DNA of 63,826 bases, the filler included, from Octopus bimaculoides (Eukaryota), in the NCBI RefSeq assembly GCF_001194135.2. It is 6 parts of 6 records of this genome, joined end to end, with 100 filler letters (N's around TTAATTAATTAA, not from the genome) between each part and the next. Parts side by side here need not be neighbours in the genome. Positions count along the whole stretch, not along the records: positions 45,789 to 58,200 come from NC_068988.1; positions 58,301 to 60,597 come from NC_068985.1; positions 60,698 to 63,826 come from NW_026365865.1; 3 more parts are not named here. One strand, written 5' to 3'. A program made the position numbers and the translations under genes. Below, in pieces: positions 50,857 through 63,826 of the stretch. Below the pieces are notes generated by a model. The model saw nothing but the letters and a program-made list of their open reading frames with translations, was not told the DNA's origin and did not search any database. Positions within the stretch are counted from its first letter, which is position 1. Each line of letters begins with the position of its first letter.

Positions 50857-51229
50857 CAAGTACTGAGAATGCTACTAATACGAATAGATATTTAGAAGAA
50901 GATACATTTATTATATGATATAGCGTATATCAATTTTCTACCTTTTCTGTTATCGCAGCATGAGTGATTCCATATTGCGACAAAAGTTGAAATAATTGTT
51001 GTAAGCTCCCCAATTAAACATTTGACTTAACCAAAAAGACTTGTAAGCACCTCGGGTGGCAACATCGTGACAGCTGAACACCTGTTTTGTGTCATTATTG
51101 TTCGATGTTTTCCATTGTATGAAAATATTAGCAACAAACAAGGACATAAGTGCTTATCATTCTTCATTTTCATATACACTAAATATAAGCACAAACATGT
51201 ATACGTACAACCACGCACGGATACACATG

Positions 51230-51595
51230 CGCAGGAGCCACTATGTTGTAAGTAGCTTGCTTACCAGACACATGGTTCCGTGTTCAGTCTTACTGCATGG
51301 CATCTTGCGTAAAGCCTTGTGAGTGGATTTGGTAGACGGAAACTGAAAGAAAAGCCCATCGTATGAATATATATATATATATGTGCGTATGTTTGTGTGT
51401 CTGTGTTTCTCTCGCCGCCATCGCTTGACAACCGATGTTGGTGTGTTTACGTCCCCGTAGCTTAGCAATTCGCCAGACGAGACCGATAGAATAAGAACTA
51501 GCTTTATAAAGAAGAAATCTTTGGGTCGATATGTTGTGGGCTCCAGCGTGGCTGCAGTCAAATGACTGAAACAAATAAAAAAGAATAAAAAAATC
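51230..51595 (+). mobile_element. SINE family A
   Basis: gcgcaggagcc...aagccttgtgagtggatttggtagacggaaactgaaag...gctgcagtcaaatgactgaaac. Confidence 0.9.
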
Positions 51596-51630
<35 letters not shown>

Positions 51631-51987
51631 NNNNNNNNNNNNNNNNNNNNNNNNNNNNNNNNNNNNNNNNNNNNNNNNNNNNNNNNNNNNNNNNNNNNNN
51701 NNNNNNNNNNNNNNNNNNNNNNNNNNNNNNNNNNNNNNNNNNNNNNNNNNNNNNNNNNNNNNNNNNNNNNNGATACATACATAACAATTAATGTTGTGAT
51801 ACCAACAGGAATTATAACATCAAGTACCGTAGCATCAACAATACTATCAATGTTGTTACATCTGGTATCAATAGAAGCTACATGTCAGATAAAGAGATAT
51901 TTGTAGCATAGGAGGAAACAAATAGACGTAAGCCATAGCATATAATTCCACGGGTACAAATAAATAATATACTAATATCTACATATA

Positions 51988-52336
51988 TCGTGGCTCTGTC
52001 GGTTACGATGACGAGGGTTCCAGATTGATCCGGTCAACGGAAAAGCCTTCTGATGAAATTAACGCGTAAACTTAACGTAATCCTCGGAGAGATTCAGCGT
52101 GATACAGAGTGTGACATGGCTGACTGTTTAAAACACATGTACAACGGAAAAAAAAAAGAGTGAGAGGAAGTTGTAGTGAAAGAGTGCAGCAGGGTTCGTC
52201 ACCACCTCCTGCCAGAGCCTCGTGGAGTTTAGGTGTTTTCGCTCAACAAACACTTACAACGCACGATCTGGGAATCGAAACCAAGATCCTGCGACCACGA
52301 GTCCGCTGCCTTAACCACTGGACCATTGTGCCTACC
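51988..52336 (-). mobile_element. SINE family C variant, degenerate
   Basis: Collinear with 38455-38848. Confidence 0.8.
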
Positions 52337-52405
52337 CATCTACATACAAGCATACTATTATAATGCGCGTGTACACGTTGGATGTATAATATTTGGATGT
52401 AGTTA

Positions 52406-52825
52406 CCGTAAATCGTCTAGTATAGTCCGCTCTTGAGTATAATACGCAGGGGATTTTAGGGGGCTGTACCTCTGAAAAACCTAAACCTTGTGTATAATAC
52501 GCACCCGTTCTCTAACTTGAATCAAGAAGGTCTATATAACGACCTTGGTTTGTAAACGTATATACGGTAACCTCCTTTATTATTATTGTATACATAACAT
52601 GATGCAAACGTGTAGCTTTTTGGTGCACTTTTCACAAAATAAATAAATAACAATAATAACGTCAGTGAAAAATAAATATTAAGTAAATTGCTTTTACATA
52701 TTTATCACTTAGAAAATTTTGCTTAGAAAATATTTTTCATTTTTAACCTCGTATATAGTACGCACTAGAAATGTTGACCTTTAAATTTGGGGAGAAAAGT
52801 GCGGATTATACTCGAGGATTTACAG
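52406..52825. mobile_element. MITE with ~25-bp TIRs and TA target duplication (Tc1/mariner-pogo type)
   Basis: TA|ccgtaaatcgtctagtatagtccgc ... gcggattatactcgaggatttacag|TA, with internal gtataatacgca repeats. Confidence 0.8.
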
Positions 52826-52954
52826 TATCTAACATAACCTATCGCAGTATTATTATGTTCACACAGAGCGCTTTCCGAACTACTTGAACGTAGGTAGCAT
52901 ATTAAACCAACGCACGTCGCACAAACATAGTTACCAATACTGTTGACCACAAGA

Positions 52955-53570
52955 AACGAGGAAGCATGCTGTTATTGTAGTTCTAAAGGCTGAGCATATT
53001 GATTTAGAAATTTCTCGAGTTTTAAAACTTGCCACATCTTTCGTCTACAAAGTTTGTAAGGAGCTAGAGACTGAAAATGAAAACGTATAACGAGTGTCAA
53101 AGCATAAAACGCATTCTAAACGTTCTGAAATCATCGGAACACCTGAAGTTATCCAACAAGTTTAATAGTCCAAGAAAGTCCTTGAGGTCAATTGCAAAAG
53201 ATCTCTATGTGTCAGAAGGAACAGTCAGAAATGTTGTTCACAAAGACATCAGATATAAGTCTTATATGAAGAGGAAAGGTCAATTTGTCCGAAAAGGCAA
53301 AAGAAAATCACTATAACCGATCTAAAAGGCTCTTAAGTAAACTGACAAATCCAGCAGAATATTTGATTTTGTTTTTCTGAAGCGAGAAAAACTTCGACCA
53401 AGTTCAAAATGTTAACAGAAATGACAAATGGTTATGTACAGACCCTTCTAAAGTTTCATGTGTTATGTATACAAAATTTCTTACAACTATCATAGTGTTA
53501 GAAGTTGTCAGCAATGAAGGACATGTGATGCCTCCTCACTTCTTTCCACAAGGCATTAGAGTTAACTCTA
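52955..53570 (+). mobile_element. Tc1/mariner transposase remnant (possibly maT/DD37D-like)
   Basis: RKHAVIVVLKAEHIDLEISRVLK...SPRKSLRSIAKDLYVSEGTVRNVVHKDIRYKSY...FF*SEKNFDQVQNVNRNDKWLC...VVSNEGHVMPPHFFPQG. Truncated before the second catalytic residue. Confidence 0.8.
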
Positions 53571-53596
53571 TGCGAGTTCGGGTGTTGGAGCATATT

Positions 53597-53911
<315 letters not shown>

Positions 53912-55010
53912 CTTGCAATGCATCCCGTTTGCCCGGGTGCTATGACCTACAGCTACATTGTATTATATGCTTCTTTCTTATCGGCAGAATCAGCACACAA
54001 GGAGTGTGAAGCAAACGACTCTTTTTATAAACATGTTTTTCGATCATATTTTGATGAACAATGCTGAAATTATTGGCACCAAAAACATGTAAAATGGCAT
54101 CTTAGATCAGAATGCAATCCTAACATTGCCCCCCAAATGACCTAAACTTACGGATTTAAAGAATTGGATGACGTATGAGGACGTAGAAGTAACTGTATTG
54201 CAGAAAGTAAGGTACATGGAAAGAAAGCTTCTTCATTGTGAAAAGCATCATCTCTGTAATGTTTGGGCAGATTGGAGCACTTCGACATCTGTTAAGTAAA
54301 ACCGACAATGTTTCTGGGTAAACTATGTTTTGCGTAATTCCAGTGTTGGTAGAATAAATATACAAGTCATCTGCACTGCTGACTGGAGAGCATGTGTGAT
54401 ATAGCTGGCCATGAGAAAAGCAAGGTATTTGTAAATTGAGACCGACAATTTTTAAAGTTGATTGTCATAACGAAGCACAATCGTACTGGGAACTGAAGGC
54501 GCTTGAATTTAAAGGACACATTTGAGCGTGATAAGGGGCATGCGTGGAATGCATGCGATCTATCCTCGATGACAGCCGGCAAAAATGGTTGCTTGCAGGA
54601 CATGGCTTGTCAGCGTAGTTACAGGCAATATTGTACCATTGCATAGTTGTGGCGGGTCCAAATTCTTCAAGAGCGTGATAGGTGCGACTTTCTTTAGGAA
54701 AGACAAATGCTGTGGCCGTCTTGTGAGTTGCAGAAAATTGTGAAATTCAACTGGTTACTCAACAGTGGCATATTTGTCGATCGTAGTATCAGTGGAGACA
54801 AACGTTGAAGCATCTCCAGGTAGAATGTGGAGGAGTTCGTGGTTTACTTTAGCAACACTTTCATTCCGAGGTGCTAAAATAGCTCACTCTGCCAACCATG
54901 CTATGTTTATGAAGTTGTCTTGCAATGGGGGAAATACCTCTTCTTTACGCTCAGCCAATATAGATATCATGTACTCATATTGCAAAGGCGCCATATTTTT
55001 AATTGTTTAT
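53912..55010 (-). mobile_element. Helitron 3' portion (PIF1-like helicase remnant plus 3' terminus)
   Basis: EVFPPLQDNFINIAWLAE*AILAPRNESV...LKNLDPPQLCNGT...FKRLQFPVRLCFVMTIN...PCFSHGQLY...TQNIVYPETL. Terminal cccgggcaaacggg hairpin followed by ...ttgCAAG|T (degenerate CTAG) at 53912. Confidence 0.88.
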
Positions 55011-55180
55011 ATTAACAACAGAAACATAGGCGGTCCTGTTTAGGCATAAGAGTTAAAGTTCCAATTCAACTGCCGAAAAGCACCATTCACGTTACTTTAT
55101 GGCGGTTTAATTGGGGCTTTAATTCCTATTTCTAATGCCTCACGCATCCCTATGCTTCGTGCTAATTTAAATACATATAA

Positions 55181-55212
<32 letters not shown>

Positions 55213-56668
55213 ATGGTATGTGTGTGTTTGAGTGTTTGTATATTTAGTAGAAGTATTTTCAATGTTATTTTGTTCCCACAAGCATGTATCCTGAGTTATG
55301 TATACCTTTTGATATATTAAAGTACGAAATACTAACCCAAAGTATACACGTCGATTTAATCACCAAAAAACTCTTAGATGCAATTAAATGTATCATTGCC
55401 TATGTGTCAATGCTTGAAATCAGTTTAGAAATTTTGGACGAATTATGCTACTTTGTTCACGTGTCCAATATCCTCCCATTTCCTTCAATCGAAGGATGAT
55501 ACCTTCTCTTTACACTTCAGAATCTGAATGTACATATGGCTTTTCCTGGGCTGATACAAACCATCAGAAAATTCTTTGGATTGAACCACTTACGCTTTGA
55601 ATGCAATTTTCCTGAAATCTGTTCCATCAATTAGAGATGATATTCATGCCTACTGAATCAAATATATATTTCTGTAAATCAAAGACGGCGTGATAGAGGG
55701 CACTGCTCCATGTAATTGGCTTCTGGAATTACATACACTGTATTTTTACATTTGTGCACTTAATAACTTTAAGTCCTTCAAGTATCCAGTTCGGATAGTA
55801 ACAATTTATTAACAGATATGTGGCATTATGCCAATATTCCTAAACGAAGCCATTTCATTTCCTTTTCCTTTCAATGCTCAGCCTTTTGGCAGAGTTGTGA
55901 CTATCACAGTATCTACTACCCAAATGAAATATCTTTTTTTTCTTTTTTTGTTATTACAATATTCACGTTTAAACATAAAAATATTATTATCGGTATATTT
56001 AACGTACATGAGTTGAATAAATCTTATAGCGTCAGACTTCATATTGTGTAATATTCGTTTCTAACTAATTTTCGTTTAATATATAACGTCTTATTAGGTC
56101 AGCTATGTCATCCAGCCAACATATAACGGCAATAAAAAACATACAAGCCAAGAATTATTGAGGACCAAAAAATTTAGCGTGTTGCGCTAATAAAACTACA
56201 TATTATTATTAGTATATTTTATCTCCTATTATCGGAATTATTCTAGTGTAATTTAGGAAAGACTGGTCTATTAAATCAATGTTGAAACATAATTCTTTAT
56301 TTCACTAAATGACACAGAAGGAGACAGAAAAGTTTACTTGTTGGAAGCAATACGTTTTTCTGTATTTTTTTTTCTTGCACAGATATTTCTTTGTAAATCG
56401 ACAGCAATTATTTTACCCCAGACACTTTTCACAGGTAAGAAAGGAGGGGGAAAAAAGGGAAAGGAAAAAATGATATTACAAAAGAAAGAAAAACAGATTA
56501 TAAAATAAACAAAACATACCGAACTGAATTATTTGCTTTGGTTATTCAATAAATACCCATAGAGATTGTATCAATTATTGATTTCATATCTAACAAAAGG
56601 AAGGAAATACGTAACGATAAGGATATATATATATATGTAGACACTGGCAAATATATATACATACATAG

Positions 56669-56730
<62 letters not shown>

Positions 56731-56754
56731 GTATATGTACACATGCTTACATGC

Positions 56755-56787
<33 letters not shown>

Positions 56788-57220
56788 AGTGTGTAGGTAT
56801 GTATAGATACACACACGCACAAATACAAAAATAAGTTAACATTAATAGGTACAAACATGACGACAATTGTAAGAGAAAGGAAAATAAGTTTGAAATAAAC
56901 ATACACAATAGTATCCTCTGTGTATCTAAGGTGTCAATATTGTGTAAGGAGTTTGTTGATATAGACTTGAAGATTAGTGGATAAACAGCTAATAAATAAC
57001 AAATGTCTTTTTTTATTATTATTTTGGCTTCTTTCTTTTTCTCCGTAAAACATATTTTTGTACGCGTGTGTAGTATGTATACTTATTTATGTGCACACAG
57101 ACACACATCCACACATAAGCACTCTCTCTCTTTCTCTCTCTCTCTCACACACACACACACACTCTCTCTCTATCTCTCACGCACTCTCTCTCTCTCACAC
57201 ACACACACACTCTCTCTCTT

Positions 57221-57252
<32 letters not shown>

Positions 57253-57975
57253 NNNNNNNNNNNNNNNNNNNNNNNNNNNNNNNNNNNNNNNNNNNNNNNN
57301 NNNNNNNNNNNNNNNNNNNNNNNNNNNNNNNNNNNNNNNNNNNNNNNNNNNNNNNNNNNNNNNNNNNNNNNNNNNNNNNNNNNNNNNNNNNNNNNNNNNN
57401 NNNNNNNNNNNNNNNNNNNNNNNNNNNNNNNNNNNNNNNNNNNNNNNNNNNNNNNNNNNNNNNNNNNNNNNNNNNNNNNNNNNNNNNNNNNNNNNNNNNN
57501 NNNNNNNNNNNNNNNNNNNNNNNNNNNNNNNNNNNNNNNNNNNNNNNNNNNNNNNNNNNNNNNNNNNNNNNNNNNNNNNNNNATATATAGTATACATATA
57601 TGTATAAACACACGCACACACACACACACTCAAACACACATCTATATGTATTCCTCTGTGTGTGAGTGCGTGTAGGTGTGCATGTGTGTGTATGTGTGTG
57701 TGCACGTCTGTGTGTCTGCGTGTGACGTTCTGTCGGTAAACACGTTTTTTTTTACACTTGCTCTCCAGAGCTATTTCTTTTGTTTGCATTAATGAATGTG
57801 TCATTCTTTTACGTTTTTCTGTCTGTACTATTTTATCTGCGAATATCTTTTCCTTCACTTCCTTTTCTACCTTCTCTCCACTCTCTCTCACCACCTCTCT
57901 AACTCATTCTCTCTGTCTCTCTCTCTCTCTGTCTCTCTCTCTCTCACCATCTCTCTAACTCATTCTCTCTCTCTA

Positions 57976-58043
<68 letters not shown>

Positions 58044-58085
58044 AACACACACTCATATATGTGTTCTATGTGTATACGTATATAG

Positions 58086-58126
<41 letters not shown>

Positions 58127-58424
58127 TATATACCTTCTATACCTTATATACATATATGTATATACATACATATATACACACATACACACACATATATATG
58201 NNNNNNNNNNNNNNNNNNNNNNNNNNNNNNNNNNNNNNNNNNNNTTAATTAATTAANNNNNNNNNNNNNNNNNNNNNNNNNNNNNNNNNNNNNNNNNNNN
58301 TATCGACTACCTCTAGTTTTTCACCCTGGAATGAGATAGAAGTTGTTTCCTGTTTGTTTGCAGTCTTTATTGCACTTGAACATCTGCCACAAACAAAAAC
58401 TAACTTGCTAGTTAACCTATATAT

Positions 58425-58690
58425 ATCATCATCATCCTCGTTTAACGTCCGCTTTCCATGGTAGCATGGGTTGGACGACTTGACTGAGGACTGGTGAAAC
58501 CGGATGGCAGCACCAGGCTCCAATCTAATTTGGCAAAGTTTTTACAGCTGGATGCCCTTCCTAACGCCAACCACTCAGAGAGTGTAGTGGGTGCTTTTAT
58601 GTGTCACCCGCACGAAAACGGCCACGCTCGAAATGGTGTCTTTTATGTGCCACCCGTACAAGAGCCAGTCCAGGGGCACTGGCAACGATA
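58425..58690 (-). mobile_element. Retroposon family D with (GAT)n tail
   Basis: atcatcatcatcctcgtttaacgtcc...ggatgcccttcctaacgccaacc. An opposite-strand partial copy lies at 59810-59930 (ttagaaagggcatcc...gacgttaa...gatgatgaggatgatgat). Confidence 0.75.
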
Positions 58691-59247
58691 TACATAGATA
58701 AATAGAGAGATAGATAGATAGATAGATAGATAGATATACATATATGTATATGTATATATATATGTATATATATATAGAAAGAGGGGGGGAGGATGGAGAT
58801 AGACAGACAGACAGACGGAGATGTGAATGTAAGGGAGGTATTACGTAATGCTGCAATATAGATAAATGAATTCCATCATTACATATAATAATATGAAATA
58901 ATATGAGTGCCGTATAACCCCAAGAGGAATTACACAGGCCTCACAACCAGAGGATTGCATTTGCAGCCTATTCTGGTCTCATTTAGCTTCTGTACAGTAA
59001 GAAGCACACATGTTTTCTCCATCAGAATATTTATATATCACTCAGTACCTAACTAAATCATCTGGTTTGTATATCTGGCAATTAGCGTATGAGAAAAATT
59101 CCTCAACGTGACATAAAGCATATGAATGAATTTATTACTTGCTTCTATGGTTTTATGAAAATTTTGTATCATCAGAACTTCAGCTCAGCAAAGGATTTCC
59201 TAAGCCTTGAAGTATTTATAGAATTAATGTTAGGTGTGTGGGATGTG

Positions 59248-59285
<38 letters not shown>

Positions 59286-59491
59286 CGTGCCTGTACATAC
59301 ATATACTCATATTATCATCATCTCCATTAGCTCAGCTGTTTCAGCTACAAAGAGCACTGCAGTCAGTGTGACTTCTCATGGGCTTCATCAGAGCCTATAT
59401 TGCATTTAAACAGCCAATTATTAGTCTTGCTATGGCTAAGCAGAATTACATATAACATACTTTTTAGAGCTTCTAAAGTTTCTAATATCAA

Positions 59492-59795
59492 ATATTAGAA
59501 ACTTAAGAAGCTCTAAAAGGAAGTTCATATTTTCTGATAAGACCAACGACCTGTATGAAATTACTAATGATCTTTACCAATAAGTTACTAAATGACACCA
59601 TTTCCACTAAATATAAGAAAGCTAACACAGATTCAATGATATTAATGATGAGGATAAATCCCTCGCTTAACACAACAAAATTGATGATAGATTAGAATGC
59701 TTAGTAAAAAGGGAAGCTTTAATTGCTCTGAAAGACCATAAGGCTAGTTTTCATAATAAACCCACTTGTAGATTGTTAAACCTAGTGAGGACCGA
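59492..59795 (+). mobile_element. Penelope-like reverse transcriptase N-terminal remnant
   Basis: FIFSDKTNDLYEI...KLLNDTISTKYKKAN...IDDRLECLVKREALIALKDHKASFHNKPTCRLLNLVRTEIG resembles, from recall, the PLE-type LKDHKxNFxxxPxCRLINPxKSEIG motif. Frameshifted. Confidence 0.7.
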
Positions 59796-59944
59796 AATTG
59801 GAGGCGGACTGTATGCCACATAAAAAGTACTCAGTACACTCTGTAAAGTGATTGACATTAGAAAGGGCATCCTGCCATGGAAACCAAGTTAAGACGTTAA
59901 GTGATGTTAAGTGATGATGAGGATGATGATATATAAATATATAT

Positions 59945-60223
59945 ATATTCTTTTATTCGTTTCAGTCATTTGACTGCAGCCATGCTGGTGCACTGCCTTT
60001 AGTCGAACAAATCAACCTAGGACTTATTCTTTGTAAGCCTAGTACTTATTCTATCGTCCTCTTTTGCTGAACCGCTAAGTAATGGGGGTGTAAACACATC
60101 AACATCGGTTGTCATGCGATGGTGTGGGGATAAACACAGACACAAATACATACATATATATATATATATACAACGGGCTTCTTTCAGTTTCCATGTACCA
60201 AATCCAATCACAAGGCTTTGGTC
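59945..60223 (-). mobile_element. SINE family A, head deleted
   Basis: Ends abruptly at caaggctttggtc and is fused to a headless family B copy. Confidence 0.85.
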
Positions 60224-60227
60224 AGTG

Positions 60228-60397
60228 GCTATATTCTGAGTTCAAATTCTGCCGAGGTCGACTCTACCTTTCATCCTTTCAGAGTCGACAAATCAAGTAC
60301 CAGTTGAGAACTGGAATTGACGTGATCGACTGTCCTCCTCCCCCACAAAATCCAAGCCTTGTGCCTATGGTAGAAAGAATTATTATTATTATTATTA

Positions 60398-60449
<52 letters not shown>

Positions 60450-60505
60450 CACTACTATCATTATTATTAATATTATTATTATTATTATTATCATTATTAT
60501 TATTA
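60228..60505 (+). mobile_element. SINE family B (headless) with long (ATT)n tail
   Basis: ttctgagttcaaattctgccgaggtcgac...gtagaaagaattattatt. Confidence 0.85.
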
Positions 60506-60597
60506 TTGTTCAGTTGTTTTATTTTTATAACATGCTTTCACTTCACTACCGAGCGCAGTTCTGTGTGCCTTGGGTATGTGCTGTGGTTTGCTGTGAT
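60505..60597 (-). mobile_element. R4/Dong-like LINE 3' UTR (same family as 19760-19922)
   Basis: Reverse complement nearly matches 19832-19922 (cacagcaaaccacagcacatacccaaggc...gctcggtagtgaagtgaaagca). Confidence 0.8.
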
Positions 60598-61889
60598 NNN
60601 NNNNNNNNNNNNNNNNNNNNNNNNNNNNNNNNNNNNNNNNNTTAATTAATTAANNNNNNNNNNNNNNNNNNNNNNNNNNNNNNNNNNNNNNNNNNNNTAT
60701 AAAAGTAATATTTATCCCCACATTGAATTGAATGTTGTGTTAGAACAAAGATCACCATGGGATAACCTCTCAAATGCAATTGTGGTGCATATTAGCACCC
60801 GTGTATATATCGCTAGCAGGAGATAATCCTCCACTGTCACCACCTAGTCTGTCAGATCACGTTATTTCAGCCATCCTTGGGCATGTCATTGGCAAACATC
60901 TAGGTTAGAGATAGCAGCGATTTCTCCGTCAGCCACATCTCACTCTCTGTTGAGGCACTATACACACATATATATAGATTTATATAAATAAATAGATGTA
61001 TATACATATATGTGTGTGTGTATATACATATATATATATATACATGTACACACATATATATGTATATAATTAATTTATATAAGGGCATTACTATACAATA
61101 ATGCCTCACGCTTAGAGGGACTTCATAAGTCAAAACTACCAAAATAAGCACATTTTTACCGATCACGAGGGAATGCAACTTTCAAAGCTAACCTCCCAAA
61201 AACTTTTAACTTATATATGTATATGTATATTTGTTTATTTATAGAGATCTGTCTATATGTGTGTACGTGTGTGTNNNNNNNNNNNNNNNNNNNNNNNNNN
61301 NNNNNNNNNNNNNNNNNNNNNNNNNNNNNNNNNNNNNNNNNNNNNNNNNNNNNNNNNNNNNNNNNNNNNNNNNNNNNNNNNNNNNNNNNNNNNNNNNNNN
61401 NNNNNNNNNNNNNNNNNNNNNNNNNNNNNNNNNNNNNNNNNNNNNNNNNNNNNNNNNNNNNNNNNNNNNNNNNNNNNNNNNNNNNNNNNNNNNNNNNNNN
61501 NNNNNNNNNNNNNNNNNNNNNNNNNNNNNNNNNNNNNNNNNNNNNNNNNNNNNNNNNNNNNNNNNNNNNNNNNNNNNNNNNNNNNNNNNNNNNNNNNNNN
61601 NNNNNNNNNNNNNNNNNNNNNNNNNNNNNNNNNNNNNNNNNNNNNNNNNNNNNNNNNNNNNNNNNNNNNNNNNNNNNNNNNNNNNNNNNNNNNNNNNNNN
61701 NNNNNNNNNNNNNNNNNNNNNNNNNNNNNNNNNNNNNNNNNNNNNNNNNNNNNNNNNNNNNNNNNNNNNNNNNNNNNNNNNNNNNNNNNNNNNNNNNNNN
61801 NNNNNNNNNNNNNNNNNNNNNNNNNNNNNNNNNNNNNNNNNNNNNNNNNNNNNNNNNNNNNNNNNNNNNNNNNNNNNNNNNNNNNNNNN

Positions 61890-61948
<59 letters not shown>

Positions 61949-62214
61949 ATACATATATGTATATATATAAGTATACATATTAACACATATATTTACGTAT
62001 GTGTGTGCATGTATGTGTGTTTGTGTGTGTGTGTGTTTGTACATATAAATGTATGTATACGCAAGTTCACTCGCTGGCACACACACATTCACACAAACAC
62101 ACACACACACACCCACACAGATTGACATTGAATTAGAGGTAGAATACAAGAGAGAGAGAGAGAGAGAGAGAGAGTAGGCATTCGTACACCTGTTTATCTC
62201 CAGCATTGATACTA

Positions 62215-62220
62215 TCAGTC

Positions 62221-62299
<79 letters not shown>

Positions 62300-62804
62300 A
62301 CTGTTGACCTAAATATTAGAACAACAAGATCAACAACTAACACCACCAGCAACAACATCAACAACAAACAGCAACAACAACAACAACTGTCGGTTGTGAT
62401 GATGATGCTGATGAGGTAGATATGACTCAACAATCATTACAAAACTAGTAACAAAATAACACATCACTACAGCCGGCGCCGCCACCACCACCACCACCAC
62501 CGCCGCCGCCGTTACCACCATCACCACCACGACCACTGCCACCATCACCATCATCAGCACAAACATTTACATTAATAAGACCATCGCCACATCAGTTAGC
62601 TCTCGCCCCCACCTTCTTATAGTCAGCGACCATCATCACCATCATCACCGCTGCCACTACTACCTCCACCACCATCACCACCTCAACAACAACAGACAGT
62701 CATCACAACTATCATCATCATCATCGTTATCATCATCGTCATCATCCTCAACATCACTATCGCCATTATCATCATCACGTTCGCTATGATCATCATCGTC
62801 GTCG

Positions 62805-62858
<54 letters not shown>

Positions 62859-63776
62859 CCGTCATCGTCGTCGTCGTCTACATCATCATCATCATCATCA
62901 TCATCATCGTCGTCGTCGTCGTCGTCATCATCATCATNNNNNNNNNNNNNNNNNNNNNNNNNNNNNNNNNNNNNNNNNNNNNNNNNNNNNNNNNNNNNNN
63001 NNNNNNNNNNNNNNNNNNNNNNNNNNNNNNNNNNNNNNNNNNNNNNNNNNNNNNNNNNNNNNNNNNNNNNNNNNNNNNNNNNNNNNNNNNNNNNNNNNNN
63101 NNNNNNNNNNNNNNNNNNNNNNNNNNNNNNNNNNNNNNNNNNNNNNNNNNNNNNNNNNNNNNNNNNNNNNNNNNNNNNNNNNNNNNNNNNNNNNNNNNNN
63201 NNNNNNNNNNNNNNNNNNNNNNNNNNNNNNNNNNNNNNNNNNNNNNNNNNNNNNNNNNNNNNNNNNNNNNNNNNNNNNNNNNNNNNNNNNNNNNNNNNNN
63301 NNNNNNNNNNNNNNNNNNNNNNNNNNNNNNNNNNNNNNNNNNNNNNNNNNNNNNNNNNNNNNNNNNNNNNNNNNNNNNCCCCCCCCCCATCGGCAGAACA
63401 ATATTTGCGAGAACAATAAAAATTGCACGAAGAACAATATCAACAACATTAACCACAAGAACATTATCAACGACATTAGCAACATCAACAACACTAACAA
63501 CAATGAATTAATCATATAAACCCCCCCAAAAAAACATTAACAATAATAACAGTAATAACAAACATTAAAACAACAATAAAGAAAAACACAATACAAACGA
63601 TAACAACAACAACAAATAATTATGAATTCCGACAGTAGAAAGATCAACAGTCAAAACAACAACAACAACAATGATTTATACAACAACAACAACAACTACA
63701 GCTGTATCAACAAGTGAACTAACAACATAACAACGATGGGCTGTATAACAACAATAAAAACAATAACCAAGCAAAC

Positions 63777-63811
<35 letters not shown>

Positions 63812-63826
63812 GTGATAATAGTGATA
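62215..63826. repeat. Mosaic of trinucleotide microsatellites (GTT, CAA, CAC, CAT, AAT) and AC-rich low-complexity DNA
   Basis: Directly visible; includes a gap. Confidence 0.9.

Noticed and set aside
50950-51147. ORF with a repeated GAY..F motif suggesting a neuropeptide or reflectin-like repeat
   Set aside because: It has no signal peptide, dibasic cleavage pattern or reflectin motif, and the repeat reduces to a ttgtaagc 8-mer occurring twice.
59375-59395. CTGATGA on the minus strand
   Set aside because: There is no stem II and no GAAA downstream, so it is not a hammerhead.

Overview
This is eukaryotic, repeat-saturated, gappy draft-assembly DNA with many N-gaps and dense (TA)n, (CA)n, (TATG)n, (GATA)n, (AAT)n and (GAA)n microsatellites. 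The repeat repertoire suggests an octopus (coleoid cephalopod) genome, probably intronic or intergenic; that is inference, not a search result. No intact host gene can be supported, and nearly all long ORFs in the track are microsatellite or N-gap artefacts. Supportable content is a transposon graveyard: several tRNA-derived SINE families (my labels A-D); decayed LINE fragments (R4/Dong-like, RTE, L1/Tx1); two Penelope-like (PLE) fragments; four Tc1/mariner remnants; two MITEs; and a Helitron 3' end. The most interesting signals are a degenerate ~109-bp-period array at 3.0-3.8 kb, fold-back hairpins at the 5' junction of both PLE fragments, three hammerhead-ribozyme-like motifs, a palindromic mariner derivative, and two splice-flanked mini-exon candidates that join in frame. 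Alignments and translations were done by eye and boundaries are approximate unless a terminal motif is quoted.
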